Assembly (NCBI RefSeq): GCF_900090215.1
Contig: NZ_LT594522.1
Span: 30,001 to 62,000, forward strand
DNA: 32,000 nucleotides
Direction: 5' to 3'
Origin: a secondary endosymbiont of Trabutina mannipara
GTDB lineage: Bacteria; Pseudomonadota; Gammaproteobacteria; Enterobacterales; Enterobacteriaceae
Under the pieces are notes generated by a model, which worked only from the letters and a program-made list of their open reading frames with translations, made no database searches and was not told where the DNA came from. Made by a program: the position numbers and the translations under genes. This document shows, one piece after another, positions 1-9,302 of this stretch (the first letter of the stretch is position 1; each line of letters opens with the position of its first letter).

Positions 1-2071
1 TATTACGTACATTTTGGGAAATTAACTGAAAATTAGGTACGATAACTGTTGATCGGTCATTAATTTTGATTTCTGTAGCACGTATATTGATACAACGTAT
101 ATCTCCTTCTATACCACTAATACTAATTAAATCTCCTACTTTTACTTTTTGCTCTATTAATAAAATTAAACCTGAAATAAAATTTTTTACAATCTCTTGT
201 AAACCAAAACCAATTCCTACTGTTAGTGCACTAACGATCCAAGCTATATTATCCCATTTAATACCTAAAATAGCTAGTAAAATAAAAATTACTAATACAT
301 ATACAAAATTACTAAATAATGTTACTAAAGAGTAACGTATTCCAGGTTCTATCATAGTTTTTGTTAAAAAATCTTTTTCTAACCAATTTTTAATTAAACG
401 TAGGATATATATCGCAATAGCAAAAAATATAAGTGCATTTAGTATATTAGCAGGAACAACAAGTTTTTCGAATACTCCACAGAGTTTAATAACTTTAGGT
501 ATTAAAGTTAATGGTGTTATATATTCAAAATTACCATTAATTAACGCTATTATAGCAAACATAATTAGTAATATTTTGCTAATAGCTGTAAGTAAAGTAG
601 AAATTTGTAATAAATGTCGTTCTTCAATATTGAACATATGTTTAATACGCACTCCTATTAAAGTATTAGGAGTAAATACACTTTCGAAGAAATCTACCAT
701 AAAATGCATTAATAAATAAAAAATAAATAAAACCATAGCAATCCAAACTAATTCATAAGTTAAAAAACGGGCTAGCGATATATAACCTATGAGTAAAGAA
801 ATAAAAATAGTGATAGAAAAGGTAAAAATACATATTTGTATAATATCTACTATAGCTGAATTTATTTCAATTTTAGATTTTATTGATCGTAAATTTAATT
901 GAGTACTTTTAATTCTAATTTTAGAAAAACATATAAATAATATAACTGATGTTATCAGCAACGATGATATTCCGTATCCCCAAATAGTTGTAGATACGCT
1001 AGTACTAAGACTACTGTTTAACTGTTCAATAGTACCTGAAATAAAAACTAAAATAGCTAATAATATTGGTATTTTTTTTATTTTATGATATATAGCATCA
1101 TGGATAGTTAAAAACTGCGAATATGAACAATTTTTAGATAAAAAAGCTCTACCGAGACCAAATATCAATGAAGAAAAAAATATTAAACATTTTATACCAT
1201 CAGCAAAATCTATTACTTCATAAGATACATTAGGTAAACTTGTTACCATTAAATAAAATAATTGAGCACCTAAGCTTATATTTAGTACTGTTATTAGTAC
1301 AGTAGAGCAAACTATAAAACTACAATGCATCCGTTCAGGAAGCATATTAATACTGAACCAAAATAATAATTTATCTAAAAAAAGTGAGCTACAAAACCAT
1401 AATATTATCGTTAATACCAATAATATACTAGATACCAAAATAAAGTCAGAAGACCAAGCTTGTTGCCAACATAGATTAATATTATTAACTAAACTAGTTA
1501 TACGATGTTTATCTTCTAACTTAGGATGTAATATAGGTGACCAAAAATTTGCCGAAAAAATACTACCAGAATTAAGAATTAATTGAGATAGTATATTATT
1601 ACGATGGATAGTAACTATTTGTACTAAAATTTTATTAGCACTAAAAATAATAAATTTAGCACATTCTATTTGATTATCTAATAGTTTTTTACGTGCATTG
1701 ATGTTATCACGACTATATGCAATAGTACTAGTTTCTTTCACAAAAGAAGTTGGTGTAGGTCCTATAACATCTAATTGTACCTGCAACTGTGTACTATCAG
1801 GTAGTAATCTAGTAATAAGTGTCTCAGCAGCACTAGTTAACTGTAAAGTATTAGTATTTAAAATACTTAATTGATTATTTGTTATATTTTTTGATAATTT
1901 TTGTTTTAGTAAATCTAGATCTTTTTGTAATTTACTTATTTCAATTACCGCATTAAGCTTTAATGGTATAGAAGCGCCTAGTGTATTTGCACTTGCTGTA
2001 GTAGTAATATTCAATACTAAATTCAATATTAATATTAAGCTAAAAAGCTTGAATAAAATTTTTTTAAACAT
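1..2071 (-). CDS. MscK/MscM-family (MscS-superfamily) mechanosensitive channel; 5' end complete, 3' end cut by the window edge
   Basis: Open-ended minus-strand frame from ATG (complement of 2069-2071) to position 1, 690 codons, with the same phase at both ends. It is missing from the ORF track presumably because no stop lies inside the window. Hand translation of the 3' part gives FISGLILLIEQKVKVGDLISISGIEGDIRCINIRATEIKINDRSTVIVPNFQLISQNVRN. This matches the E. coli MscK core NFVSGLIILFERPVRIGD...IRIRATTITDFDRKEVIIPNK. The N-terminus MFKKILFKLFSLILILNLVLN looks like a signal or TM segment. Confidence 0.8.
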   Translation of the reverse strand, partial: MFKKILFKLFSLILILNLVLNITTTASANTLGASIPLKLNAVIEISKLQKDLDLLKQKLSKNITNNQLSILNTNTLQLTSAAETLITRLLPDSTQLQVQLDVIGPTPTSFVKETSTIAYSRDNINARKKLLDNQIECAKFIIFSANKILVQIVTIHRNNILSQLILNSGSIFSANFWSPILHPKLEDKHRITSLVNNINLCWQQAWSSDFILVSSILLVLTIILWFCSSLFLDKLLFWFSINMLPERMHCSFIVCSTVLITVLNISLGAQLFYLMVTSLPNVSYEVIDFADGIKCLIFFSSLIFGLGRAFLSKNCSYSQFLTIHDAIYHKIKKIPILLAILVFISGTIEQLNSSLSTSVSTTIWGYGISSLLITSVILFICFSKIRIKSTQLNLRSIKSKIEINSAIVDIIQICIFTFSITIFISLLIGYISLARFLTYELVWIAMVLFIFYLLMHFMVDFFESVFTPNTLIGVRIKHMFNIEERHLLQISTLLTAISKILLIMFAIIALINGNFEYITPLTLIPKVIKLCGVFEKLVVPANILNALIFFAIAIYILRLIKNWLEKDFLTKTMIEPGIRYSLVTLFSNFVYVLVIFILLAILGIKWDNIAWIVSALTVGIGFGLQEIVKNFISGLILLIEQKVKVGDLISISGIEGDIRCINIRATEIKINDRSTVIVPNFQLISQNVRN

Positions 2072-2182
2072 AATATAAAATAAATTATCTCGTAAATATA
2101 AACTGAATTCAAAATATTTTGATAAAAAATATTTAATTTATTAAATGTATAGCTATAATAGATTGTAAATATTACAAATATT

Positions 2183-2258
2183 GCCCGGATAGCTCAGTTG
2201 GTAGAGCAGGGGACTGAAGATCCCCGTGTCCTTGGTTCAATTCCAAGTTCGGGCACCA
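2183..2258 (+). tRNA. pheV: tRNA-Phe (anticodon GAA), CCA encoded
   Basis: GCCCGGATAGCTCAGTTGGTAGAGCAGGGGACTGAAGATCCCC...GGGCACCA is near-identical to E. coli tRNA-Phe. The anticodon loop is CTGAAGA. Confidence 0.95.
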
Positions 2259-2289
2259 TTAAAATTTATTTTATTATAAAATAATTAAA

Positions 2290-3285
2290 TTATATAAAAC
2301 CAACAGCTTTATAGCTCTTGTATAAGGTTAAGTTTGCTTTAATTTTAGCTTTTTTTGCTCCTTCTCGTAAAATTTCTTTTAGATAATTTTCATCAGCACG
2401 TAAAGAATAATAACGACTCTGTAATGAAGTTAGCATTTCTAACAATGCATCGGTAACTACATATTTTAAATATCCATACATTTTTCCGTTGAAATTTTGC
2501 TCTAATTTAGCTATTGGAGTGTCAGTTACACTAGACAGAATATTTAGTAAATTAGAAACTCCTGGTTTATTTACAGGATCGTAACGTATTATTGGTGGAT
2601 AATCAGAATCTGTTACCGCACATTTTAATTTATTAACTATAGATTTAGGTTCTTCTATAAGAGAAATAATATTTTTTTTATTTATATCTGATTTTGACAT
2701 TTTCTTCTTTGGATTTAATAAAGACATTACCCGTACATTTCTTTCAGAAATAAAAGGTTCAGGAATAGTAAAAATGTCACCATACAAAGCATTAAATCGT
2801 TTAGCAATATTACGACTTAATTCTAAATGCTGTTTTTGATCTTCTCCGATTGGTACTTTACTAGTTTGATATAGTAAAATATCTGCAGCCATTAGTACTG
2901 GATAATTAAATAGTCCAGCATTTATATTTTTAGCAGAATGAGCATATTTATCTTTAAATTGAGTCATTCTGCTAAGTTCTCCTAAATATGTATAGCAATT
3001 AAGTAGCCAATTCATTTGGCTATGCTCAGGTATATGCGACTGTATAAAAATAATACTTTTAAATGGATCTATACCACATGCAAGATACATAGCGGTAAGA
3101 TCAAGTGTTGTTTTATGTAAATGTTGAATATTATGACGGTTAGTTATAGCATGTAGGTCAACGATACAATAAATACAATTATAATCATTCTGCATACTTA
3201 CCCATTTACTTATTGCCCCTATATAGTTTCCGATAGTTAGTTCTCCTGATGGCTGTGCGCCGCTAAAAACAATAGGTTTACTCAT
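2290..3285 (-). CDS. trpS: tryptophan--tRNA ligase
   Basis: 331-aa ORF with class I aaRS motifs: TIGNYIG (HIGH-type region) and KMSKS. Confidence 0.95.
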   Translation of the reverse strand: MSKPIVFSGAQPSGELTIGNYIGAISKWVSMQNDYNCIYCIVDLHAITNRHNIQHLHKTTLDLTAMYLACGIDPFKSIIFIQSHIPEHSQMNWLLNCYTYLGELSRMTQFKDKYAHSAKNINAGLFNYPVLMAADILLYQTSKVPIGEDQKQHLELSRNIAKRFNALYGDIFTIPEPFISERNVRVMSLLNPKKKMSKSDINKKNIISLIEEPKSIVNKLKCAVTDSDYPPIIRYDPVNKPGVSNLLNILSSVTDTPIAKLEQNFNGKMYGYLKYVVTDALLEMLTSLQSRYYSLRADENYLKEILREGAKKAKIKANLTLYKSYKAVGFI

Positions 3286-3343
3286 TTTATTTAAATATCC
3301 TGAAAAATAAATATTTTAACAACACTTTTTATTTATTGGTCTG

Positions 3344-3367
3344 TATTTACTTGTCTATTTACTTGTC
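3344..3367. repeat. perfect tandem duplication, 12 bp x2 (tatttacttgtc)
   Basis: Read directly from the sequence. Lies in the trpS-aroK spacer. Confidence 0.9.
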
Positions 3368-3385
3368 TGGTGGTATGGTGAGGTT

Positions 3386-3429
3386 TATAATTAAAATTAT
3401 TTAAGTATAATTAAAATTATTTAAGTATA
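3386..3429. repeat. perfect tandem duplication, 20 bp x2 plus 4 bp (tataattaaaattatttaag); the second copy contains the aroK stop codon and last codons
   Basis: Read directly: 3386-3405 equals 3406-3425. The aroK stop (complement of 3417-3419) lies in copy 2. Confidence 0.9.
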
Positions 3430-3932
3430 TTAATAATTTTGTTAATAACAATCTTAGTGCTTTTTTTATCGGTACATATAGTAATATCTGCTATTTTTTC
3501 ATATAGAGGATTTCTTTCTTTAGCTAGTACTGTAAAAATATCACGTTGATTAGTTTTTCCTTGTAACAAAGGACGTCTTTTATCAAGAGATGTACGATCT
3601 AATTGTTTTTCAATAGTTGTTTTTAGATAAATAACAATTCCACGAGAAGCTAATAGGTTACTTATTTCACAAGATTTTACAGAACCACCTCCGGTAGCTA
3701 AAACTATTCCTTGTTTTTTTGTAAGTTCATTAATAATTTTTTCTTCTCGATAGCGAAAACCATTTTCACCTTCTACATCAAATACCCAACTTAAATCAGC
3801 GCCAGTACGTCGTTCAATTTCTTTATCAGAATCAAAAAATTCTATATTTAACTGTTCAGCTAACTGACGTCCAATAGTGCTTTTACCAGCACCTATAGGT
3901 CCAATTAAAAATATATTGCGTTTTTCTGCCAT
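3417..3932 (-). CDS. aroK: shikimate kinase I
   Basis: 171-aa [32 protein letters not shown] is almost identical to the E. coli AroK N-terminus and contains a Walker A motif. Confidence 0.95.
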   Translation of the reverse strand: MAEKRNIFLIGPIGAGKSTIGRQLAEQLNIEFFDSDKEIERRTGADLSWVFDVEGENGFRYREEKIINELTKKQGIVLATGGGSVKSCEISNLLASRGIVIYLKTTIEKQLDRTSLDKRRPLLQGKTNQRDIFTVLAKERNPLYEKIADITICTDKKSTKIVINKIINILK

Positions 3933-3933
3933 A

Positions 3934-3961
3934 TTTTGATCTTAAGCTTTTGATCTTAAGC
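3934..3961. repeat. perfect tandem duplication, 14 bp x2 (ttttgatcttaagc), starting 1 nt from the aroK start codon
   Basis: Read directly. It occupies the position where the aroK ribosome-binding site would be. Confidence 0.9.
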
Positions 3962-3972
3962 TGTTAATAAAT

Positions 3973-3996
3973 AACTGAAATTAAAACTGAAATTAA
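3973..3996. repeat. perfect tandem duplication, 12 bp x2 (aactgaaattaa)
   Basis: Read directly. Lies in the aroK-sucC divergent spacer. Confidence 0.9.
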
Positions 3997-4198
3997 ATAA
4001 AATTACTAATTTCATATTTTTTGTTTAAGGTTAAGTTAATTGATTTCATATTAATTTATATTAATATAAAATTAATTAGCTAATGTAACAAATCATTTAA
4101 ATGTTTTTTTAACAAAAAATTAATTTTATCTAAAATTAGATTAGTATTTTATTTTTATGCTAAAACATTTAAATTTTCTAGGAAAAATAAATAATATC

Positions 4199-5356
4199 AT
4201 GAATTTATATGAATATCAATCAAAACAGCTATTTGCTAAATATGGATTACCTATCCCAACAGGTTATATTTGTAGTTCACTTAGTGAAGTAGAAAAATTA
4301 TCTTTAGGAATTGAACCTTGGATTGCAAAATGTCAAGTATATGCAGGAGGTCGTGGTAAAGCTGGAGGCATTAAAATAATAAAATCTAAAGAAGAACTAC
4401 GATTATTTGCCAAACATTGGTTTGGTAATCGCCTAATTACTTCCCAAACAGATGCTCTAGGTCAACAGGTAAATCATATTTTAGTAGAAAAAGCAACTTT
4501 TATAACTAAAGAGTTATATTTAGGATTAATTATAGATCGTAGTATCTGTAGTATAATATTTATAGCTTCAATAGAAGGAGGTATTGAAATTGAAAAAATA
4601 GCAGAAAAAAATCCACATCTAATTCATAAAATTACACTAGATAATTTAACTGGTCCACATCCTTATCAGGCTCGCCAACTAGCATTTAAATTGGGATTAT
4701 TTGGTAAACAAATTAGTCAATTTGTTAAAATTTTTATAGGATTAGCTACTTTATTTTTAGAAAGAGATCTAGAACTAGTAGAAATTAACCCGCTTGTTAT
4801 TAATAACAACAATGATCTTATATGTCTTGATAGTAAACTTAGTATTGACAGTAATGCCTTATTCCGTCAGTCAAAATTTCGTAATATATATAATAAGAAC
4901 AATCAGCAAGATAAATGTGAAGCACATCATAGACAGTTAAACTATTTAGTTTTAGATGGTAATATTGGATGTATGGTAAATGGTGCTGGATTAGCAATGG
5001 GAACAATGGATATTGTAAAATTATATGGTGGAAAACCAGCTAATTTTCTTGATATTGGAGGTGGAGCAACTAAAGAACGTGTAACTGAATATTTTCAGCT
5101 AATTTTATCAAATAAAAATGTTAAAGCAATATTAATTAATATTTTTGGTGGTATTGTTCGTTGTGATTTAATTGCTGATGGTATAATCAATGCTATATCT
5201 AAAATCAGCATTAATATTCCTGTTGTAGTTCGATTAGAAGGTAATAATGCCAAACAAGGTAATAAAATATTAGCTAAAAGTATGTTAAACATTATTGTAA
5301 CTAATAATTTAATTGATGCTGTTAAACAAGTTATTGCTGCAGTAAAGGATAAATAA
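4199..5356 (+). CDS. sucC: succinate--CoA ligase (ADP-forming) subunit beta
   Basis: The ORF track starts at 4157, but [18 protein letters not shown] at 4199 aligns with the E. coli SucC start MNLHEYQAKQLFARYGLP. Colinear similarity continues to the C-terminus. Confidence 0.93.
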   Translation: MNLYEYQSKQLFAKYGLPIPTGYICSSLSEVEKLSLGIEPWIAKCQVYAGGRGKAGGIKIIKSKEELRLFAKHWFGNRLITSQTDALGQQVNHILVEKATFITKELYLGLIIDRSICSIIFIASIEGGIEIEKIAEKNPHLIHKITLDNLTGPHPYQARQLAFKLGLFGKQISQFVKIFIGLATLFLERDLELVEINPLVINNNNDLICLDSKLSIDSNALFRQSKFRNIYNKNNQQDKCEAHHRQLNYLVLDGNIGCMVNGAGLAMGTMDIVKLYGGKPANFLDIGGGATKERVTEYFQLILSNKNVKAILINIFGGIVRCDLIADGIINAISKISINIPVVVRLEGNNAKQGNKILAKSMLNIIVTNNLIDAVKQVIAAVKDK

Positions 5357-6249
5357 TGTCGATTTTAATTAATAAAAATACAAAAGTTATCTGTCAAGGA
5401 TTTACTGGTAACCAAGGTACTTTTCATTCTAAAAATGCACTAGCTTATGGAACTAAAATAGTAGGTGGTGTTACTCCAAATAAAGGAGGAACTAAACATC
5501 TTGGTTTACCAGTATTTAATACTGTACAAGAAGCAGTTGATAAAACTTGCGCTACAACATCTGTTATTTATGTTCCTGCACCATTTTGTAAAGATTCTAT
5601 TTTAGAAGCAATTGATGCTGGTATCAATTTAATTATTTGTATTACTGAAGGTATTCCTACATTAGATATGCTAATAGTGAAAGCAAAATTAGAACGAAAT
5701 AATAAGATACGTATGATTGGACCAAATTCTCCAGGAATAATTACACCTGGAGAATGTAAAATTGGCATTATGCCAGAGAATATTCATAAGTCTGGATTAA
5801 TAGGTATTATTTCTCGTTCTGGAACATTAACCTATGAAGCTGTAAAGCAAATTACTGATGCTGGTTTGGGACAATCTACTTGCGTAGGTATAGGTGGAGA
5901 TCCAATTTCTGGATCAAATTTTATTGATATATTAAAACTTTTTGAAAAAGATCAACAAACAAAAGCAATATTGATGATAGGTGAAATAGGAGGTAGTGCA
6001 GAAGAAGAGGCTGCTGCTTATATTAAGAAGCATAAAATTAATAAACAGGTTATTAGCTATATTGCTGGTGTTACAGCTCCTAAAGGAAAACATATGGGCC
6101 ATGCTGGAGCTATTATTGCTGGCTCTAAAGGTACAGCAAACGCAAAATTTAAAGAATTAGAATCTGCAGGAGTCAAGATTGTACGTAATATTGCTGATAT
6201 AGGTAAATTTTTAAAAAGTATTTTTTATAAAAAAACTGATATTAGTTAG
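5356..6249 (+). CDS. sucD: succinate--CoA ligase subunit alpha
   Basis: 297-aa ORF. The start overlaps the sucC stop (TAATG). CoA-ligase alpha motifs are present, including MGHAGAII with the catalytic His. Confidence 0.95.
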   Translation: MSILINKNTKVICQGFTGNQGTFHSKNALAYGTKIVGGVTPNKGGTKHLGLPVFNTVQEAVDKTCATTSVIYVPAPFCKDSILEAIDAGINLIICITEGIPTLDMLIVKAKLERNNKIRMIGPNSPGIITPGECKIGIMPENIHKSGLIGIISRSGTLTYEAVKQITDAGLGQSTCVGIGGDPISGSNFIDILKLFEKDQQTKAILMIGEIGGSAEEEAAAYIKKHKINKQVISYIAGVTAPKGKHMGHAGAIIAGSKGTANAKFKELESAGVKIVRNIADIGKFLKSIFYKKTDIS

Positions 6250-6320
6250 ATAAATTCTAACTATTAATCCTTGAACATAATTTCAGATTATATAATTTTT
6301 TTCTGAAAAAAGGATTTATT

Positions 6321-7846
6321 ATGTTTGATGTTATTGAACTATCAAGGTTACAATTTGCGATAACAGCGATGTATCACTTTCTTTTTGTACCTTTAACACT
6401 TGGTATGGCCTTTTTAATAGCTATAATGGAAACAGTTTATGTATTATCTGGTAAAAAAATATATAAATATATGACTAAATTTTGGAGTCATTTATTTGCT
6501 ATTAATTTTGCATTTGGTATTGCTACAGGTATTATTTTGGAGTTCCAATTTGGAACTAACTGGTCATATTTTTCTCACTATATTGGCGATATATTTGGTA
6601 TACCATTAGCTATTGAAGGATTGATGGCCTTTTTTCTTGAATCTACTTTTATTGGTTTATTACTTTTGGGTTGGAATAAACTTGGAAAAATTCAGCATAT
6701 GGTTGTTACTTGGTTAGTAGCACTGGGTTCTAATCTATCAGCATTATGGATTTTGATTGCTAACGGATGGATGCAAAATCCTATAGCAGCCTATTTAAAT
6801 TACGAAACTATGCGTATGGAAATAGTTAGTTTTATTGATTTATTTTTAAATCCAGTATCTCAGATAAAATTTTTACATACTATAACTGCAAGTTACTGTA
6901 CTGGTGCAATGTTTATATTGGGTATTAGCTCTTATTATATATTAAAAAAACGCGATTTTTTTTTGCACAAAGATCTTTTGCTATTGCTACTTCTTTTGGA
7001 ATAATAGCAGTGTTGTCAGTTATTTTTTTAGGTGACGCATCTGGTTATAAAATAGGAGAAGTACAAAAAACTAAGCTAGCAGCTATTGAAGCAGTATGGA
7101 AGACGGAGTCTGCACCAGCATCTTTTACATTATTCAGCTTACCAGACCAAAAAAAACAAATTAATAATTTTACTATACGTATTCCTTATTTTTTAGGTAT
7201 TGCAGTTACTCGTTCCACTGATCGTCAAATAATAGGTCTTAAAGACTTAATGACACAACATGAGATCCGTATACGGAATGGAGTAAAAGCATATAGCTTA
7301 TTGCAACAGTTGCGTTCTGGTAATGCAGATATTGCTGTATATAAAGAATTTAATAAAGCTAAACATGATTTAGGTTATGGATTACTACTTAATCGCTATA
7401 CTGATAATATTACTAACTCTAGTGAAGATTATATACGTAAAGCAACTAAAGATTCTATTCCATATGTAGCACCACTTTATTTTTCTTTTAGAATAATGAT
7501 ATGCAGTGGATTACTAATGCTATTGCTAATTATTTTATGTTTTTATACTATGCTATATAATTGTATAGGTCAATATCGTTGGTTACATTATATTATGTTA
7601 TATAGTATTCCTTTACCATGGATTGCTATAGAATCTGGTTGGTTTATTGCTGAATATGGTCGTCAACCATGGATTATAAATGAAATATTACCTACTGCGG
7701 TAGCACATTCAATACTTACTACTAGTGAAGTTTTTCTATCTATAGTACTAATTGGTATTATATATACTTTATTTTTAATAGCTGAAATATATCTTATGTT
7801 TAAATTTGTAAGTTTAGGACCTAGTAGCCTAAAAAATACTAATTAG
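6321..7846 (+). CDS. cydA: cytochrome bd ubiquinol oxidase subunit I, interrupted by a frameshift in a T9 tract (6956-6964); possibly a pseudogene or slippage-dependent
   Basis: Two adjacent ORFs (6321-7004 and 7010-7846) together cover E. coli CydA (522 aa) colinearly. The frame switch maps to the T-run. An AGGA sits 6 nt upstream of the ATG. Confidence 0.85.
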
Positions 7847-7869
7847 TTTTAATAATTATTATTTTAATA

Positions 7870-8973
7870 ATGTTTAATTATGAATTTTTACGTTTTATTT
7901 GGTGGGTATTAATAGGTTTATTTATTATAATATTTACTATAACTGAAGGATTTGATATGGGCGTTGGTATATTAATGCGCTTTTCTTGTTATAGTGATAT
8001 CGAGAGAAAAATAATGATTAATACTATTGCTCCACATTGGGATGGTAATCAAGTTTGGTTAATAACTACTATTGGAGCTTTATTTGCTGTTTGGCCTATA
8101 GTATACGCTATAATATTTTCTGGATTTTATATAGCTATAATATTATTGTTAGTATCTTTATTTTTTCGTCCAATAAGTTTTGAATTTCTATCAAAAATAG
8201 ATAATTTGCGCTGGCGCAATTTATGTTATTGGGGAATATTTATTGGTAGTTTTATTTCACCTATAGTTATGGGAATTATATTTGGTAATTTATTGCAAGG
8301 AATACCATTTTATATAGACATGTATATGCGTTTATATTATACAGGTAATTTTTTTCAGCTTTTAAATCCATTTAGTTTATTATTAAGCACTATTATTATA
8401 GCGATGTTTTTAACCCAAGGTAGTACTTATATTCAAATGCGCACTAGTAGTAATAGTAATTTACAGGTAAAAATGCGTAATATAACTAAATTAACAGCAT
8501 TAATAACAATAATAATGTTTTTTCTAGCTATTATTTTATTTATTAAAAGTATTGATGGTTTTACTATTACTTCAATTATTGATCAATCGGCACAGTCTAA
8601 TCCTTTACATAAAGAAGTAAAATATCATGCTGGAGCTTGGATGGTAAATTACTGGAACTATCCAATATTATTAATATTTCCATTATTAGGATTGTTACTG
8701 CCTTTTTTTACTATTATTTATAGTTATATAAAAATAAGTGTATTTGCTTTTATTTCTTCTTCTTTTACTATAGCCTGTATAATATCAACTATAGGCATAA
8801 CTATATTTCCTTTTATTATACCATCAATTACGATGCCTAATGTTAGTTTAACTATGTGGGATGCTACTTCAAGTTTAAATACATTAAAATTAATGTTTAT
8901 TATAGTAATAATACTATTACCCATTGTACTTAGTTATACTATTTGGTGTTATTATAAAATGTTTAATTTTTAA
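7870..8973 (+). CDS. cydB: cytochrome bd ubiquinol oxidase subunit II
   Basis: 367-aa polytopic membrane ORF directly after cydA. The CydB-like motif APHWDGNQVWLIT is present. Confidence 0.92.
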   Translation: MFNYEFLRFIWWVLIGLFIIIFTITEGFDMGVGILMRFSCYSDIERKIMINTIAPHWDGNQVWLITTIGALFAVWPIVYAIIFSGFYIAIILLLVSLFFRPISFEFLSKIDNLRWRNLCYWGIFIGSFISPIVMGIIFGNLLQGIPFYIDMYMRLYYTGNFFQLLNPFSLLLSTIIIAMFLTQGSTYIQMRTSSNSNLQVKMRNITKLTALITIIMFFLAIILFIKSIDGFTITSIIDQSAQSNPLHKEVKYHAGAWMVNYWNYPILLIFPLLGLLLPFFTIIYSYIKISVFAFISSSFTIACIISTIGITIFPFIIPSITMPNVSLTMWDATSSLNTLKLMFIIVIILLPIVLSYTIWCYYKMFNF

Positions 8974-9129
8974 AATATGTTCCCAACATACAATTTTTTT
9001 GTATTATTAATTTTTTAAATGTGGTATTAGTATTATTACTGTTTTTTTATATAAACTTAATTTAATATCAAATAATTAAGAAAAAATTTTCTATTCAGAA
9101 AAAATTTTATAAAATATGGTTTCAATATT

Positions 9130-9205
9130 TGGCGGTGCGGACGGGACTCGAACCCGCGACCCCCAGCGTGACAGGCCGGTATTCTACCTACTGAACTACC
9201 GCACC
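9130..9205 (-). tRNA. aspV: tRNA-Asp (anticodon GUC), CCA encoded
   Basis: The reverse complement is GGTGCGGTAGTTCAGTAGGTAGAATACCGGCCTGTCACGCTGGGGGTCGCGGGTTCGAGTCCCGTCCGCACCGCCA. It sits downstream of dnaQ as in E. coli. Confidence 0.95.
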
Positions 9206-9302
9206 ATAATTTCATAATATGAAATATATAATAAAGTTATGATTAGTTAACGTCAATACTTTATTAAATAAATTTAATACTTTACTTTTAATAAGTAGAT
9301 TT

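Noticed and set aside
66-335. 89-aa plus-strand ORF at the left edge, and similar short ORFs at 5095-5292, 5568-5768, 8724-8924, 13278-13526, 15049-15333, 26417-26692, 30042-30305, 31208-31390 and 31745-31945.
   Set aside because: Each lies antisense to, or out of frame within, a well-supported conserved gene (channel gene, sucC, sucD, cydB, bamD/rluD, clpB, secA, leuC, leuD, surA). Their sequences are low in complexity and resemble nothing I recognise, so they are shadow ORFs.
3344-3367. The motif ATTTACTT(G)TCTA is shared between the trpS-upstream repeat (3344-3367) and the rsmH-upstream repeat (28438-28466). Both lie 60-105 nt upstream of minus-strand genes, so I considered a common operator.
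   Set aside because: The shared core is only about 8 nt of A/T-rich sequence. At this composition I estimate several chance occurrences per 32 kb. There is not enough evidence for a regulon motif without a genome-wide search.
3344-3996. Short direct repeats around aroK, considered as a possible CRISPR array or mobile-element termini.
   Set aside because: Each unit has only two adjacent copies with no spacers, the units are unrelated to each other, and there are no cas genes, transposase or integrase genes, or terminal inverted repeats.
4157-4198. 14-codon N-terminal extension of sucC in the ORF track ([14 protein letters not shown]). Likewise the GTG start of leuB at 28533.
   Set aside because: Alignment with the E. 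coli N-termini (MNLHEYQ..., MSKNYHIAV...) supports the internal ATGs at 4199 and 28542. leuB has AAGGTG correctly spaced for 28542.
6271-6308. TTGAAC ... TATAAT pair, and a tttcaga/tctgaaa inverted repeat, between sucD and cydA. Considered as a cydAB promoter or a sucCD terminator.
   Set aside because: The promoter spacer is only 14 bp. The hairpin has a 14-nt loop, is almost all A/T, and lacks a clean T-tract. It cannot be told apart from background in this composition.
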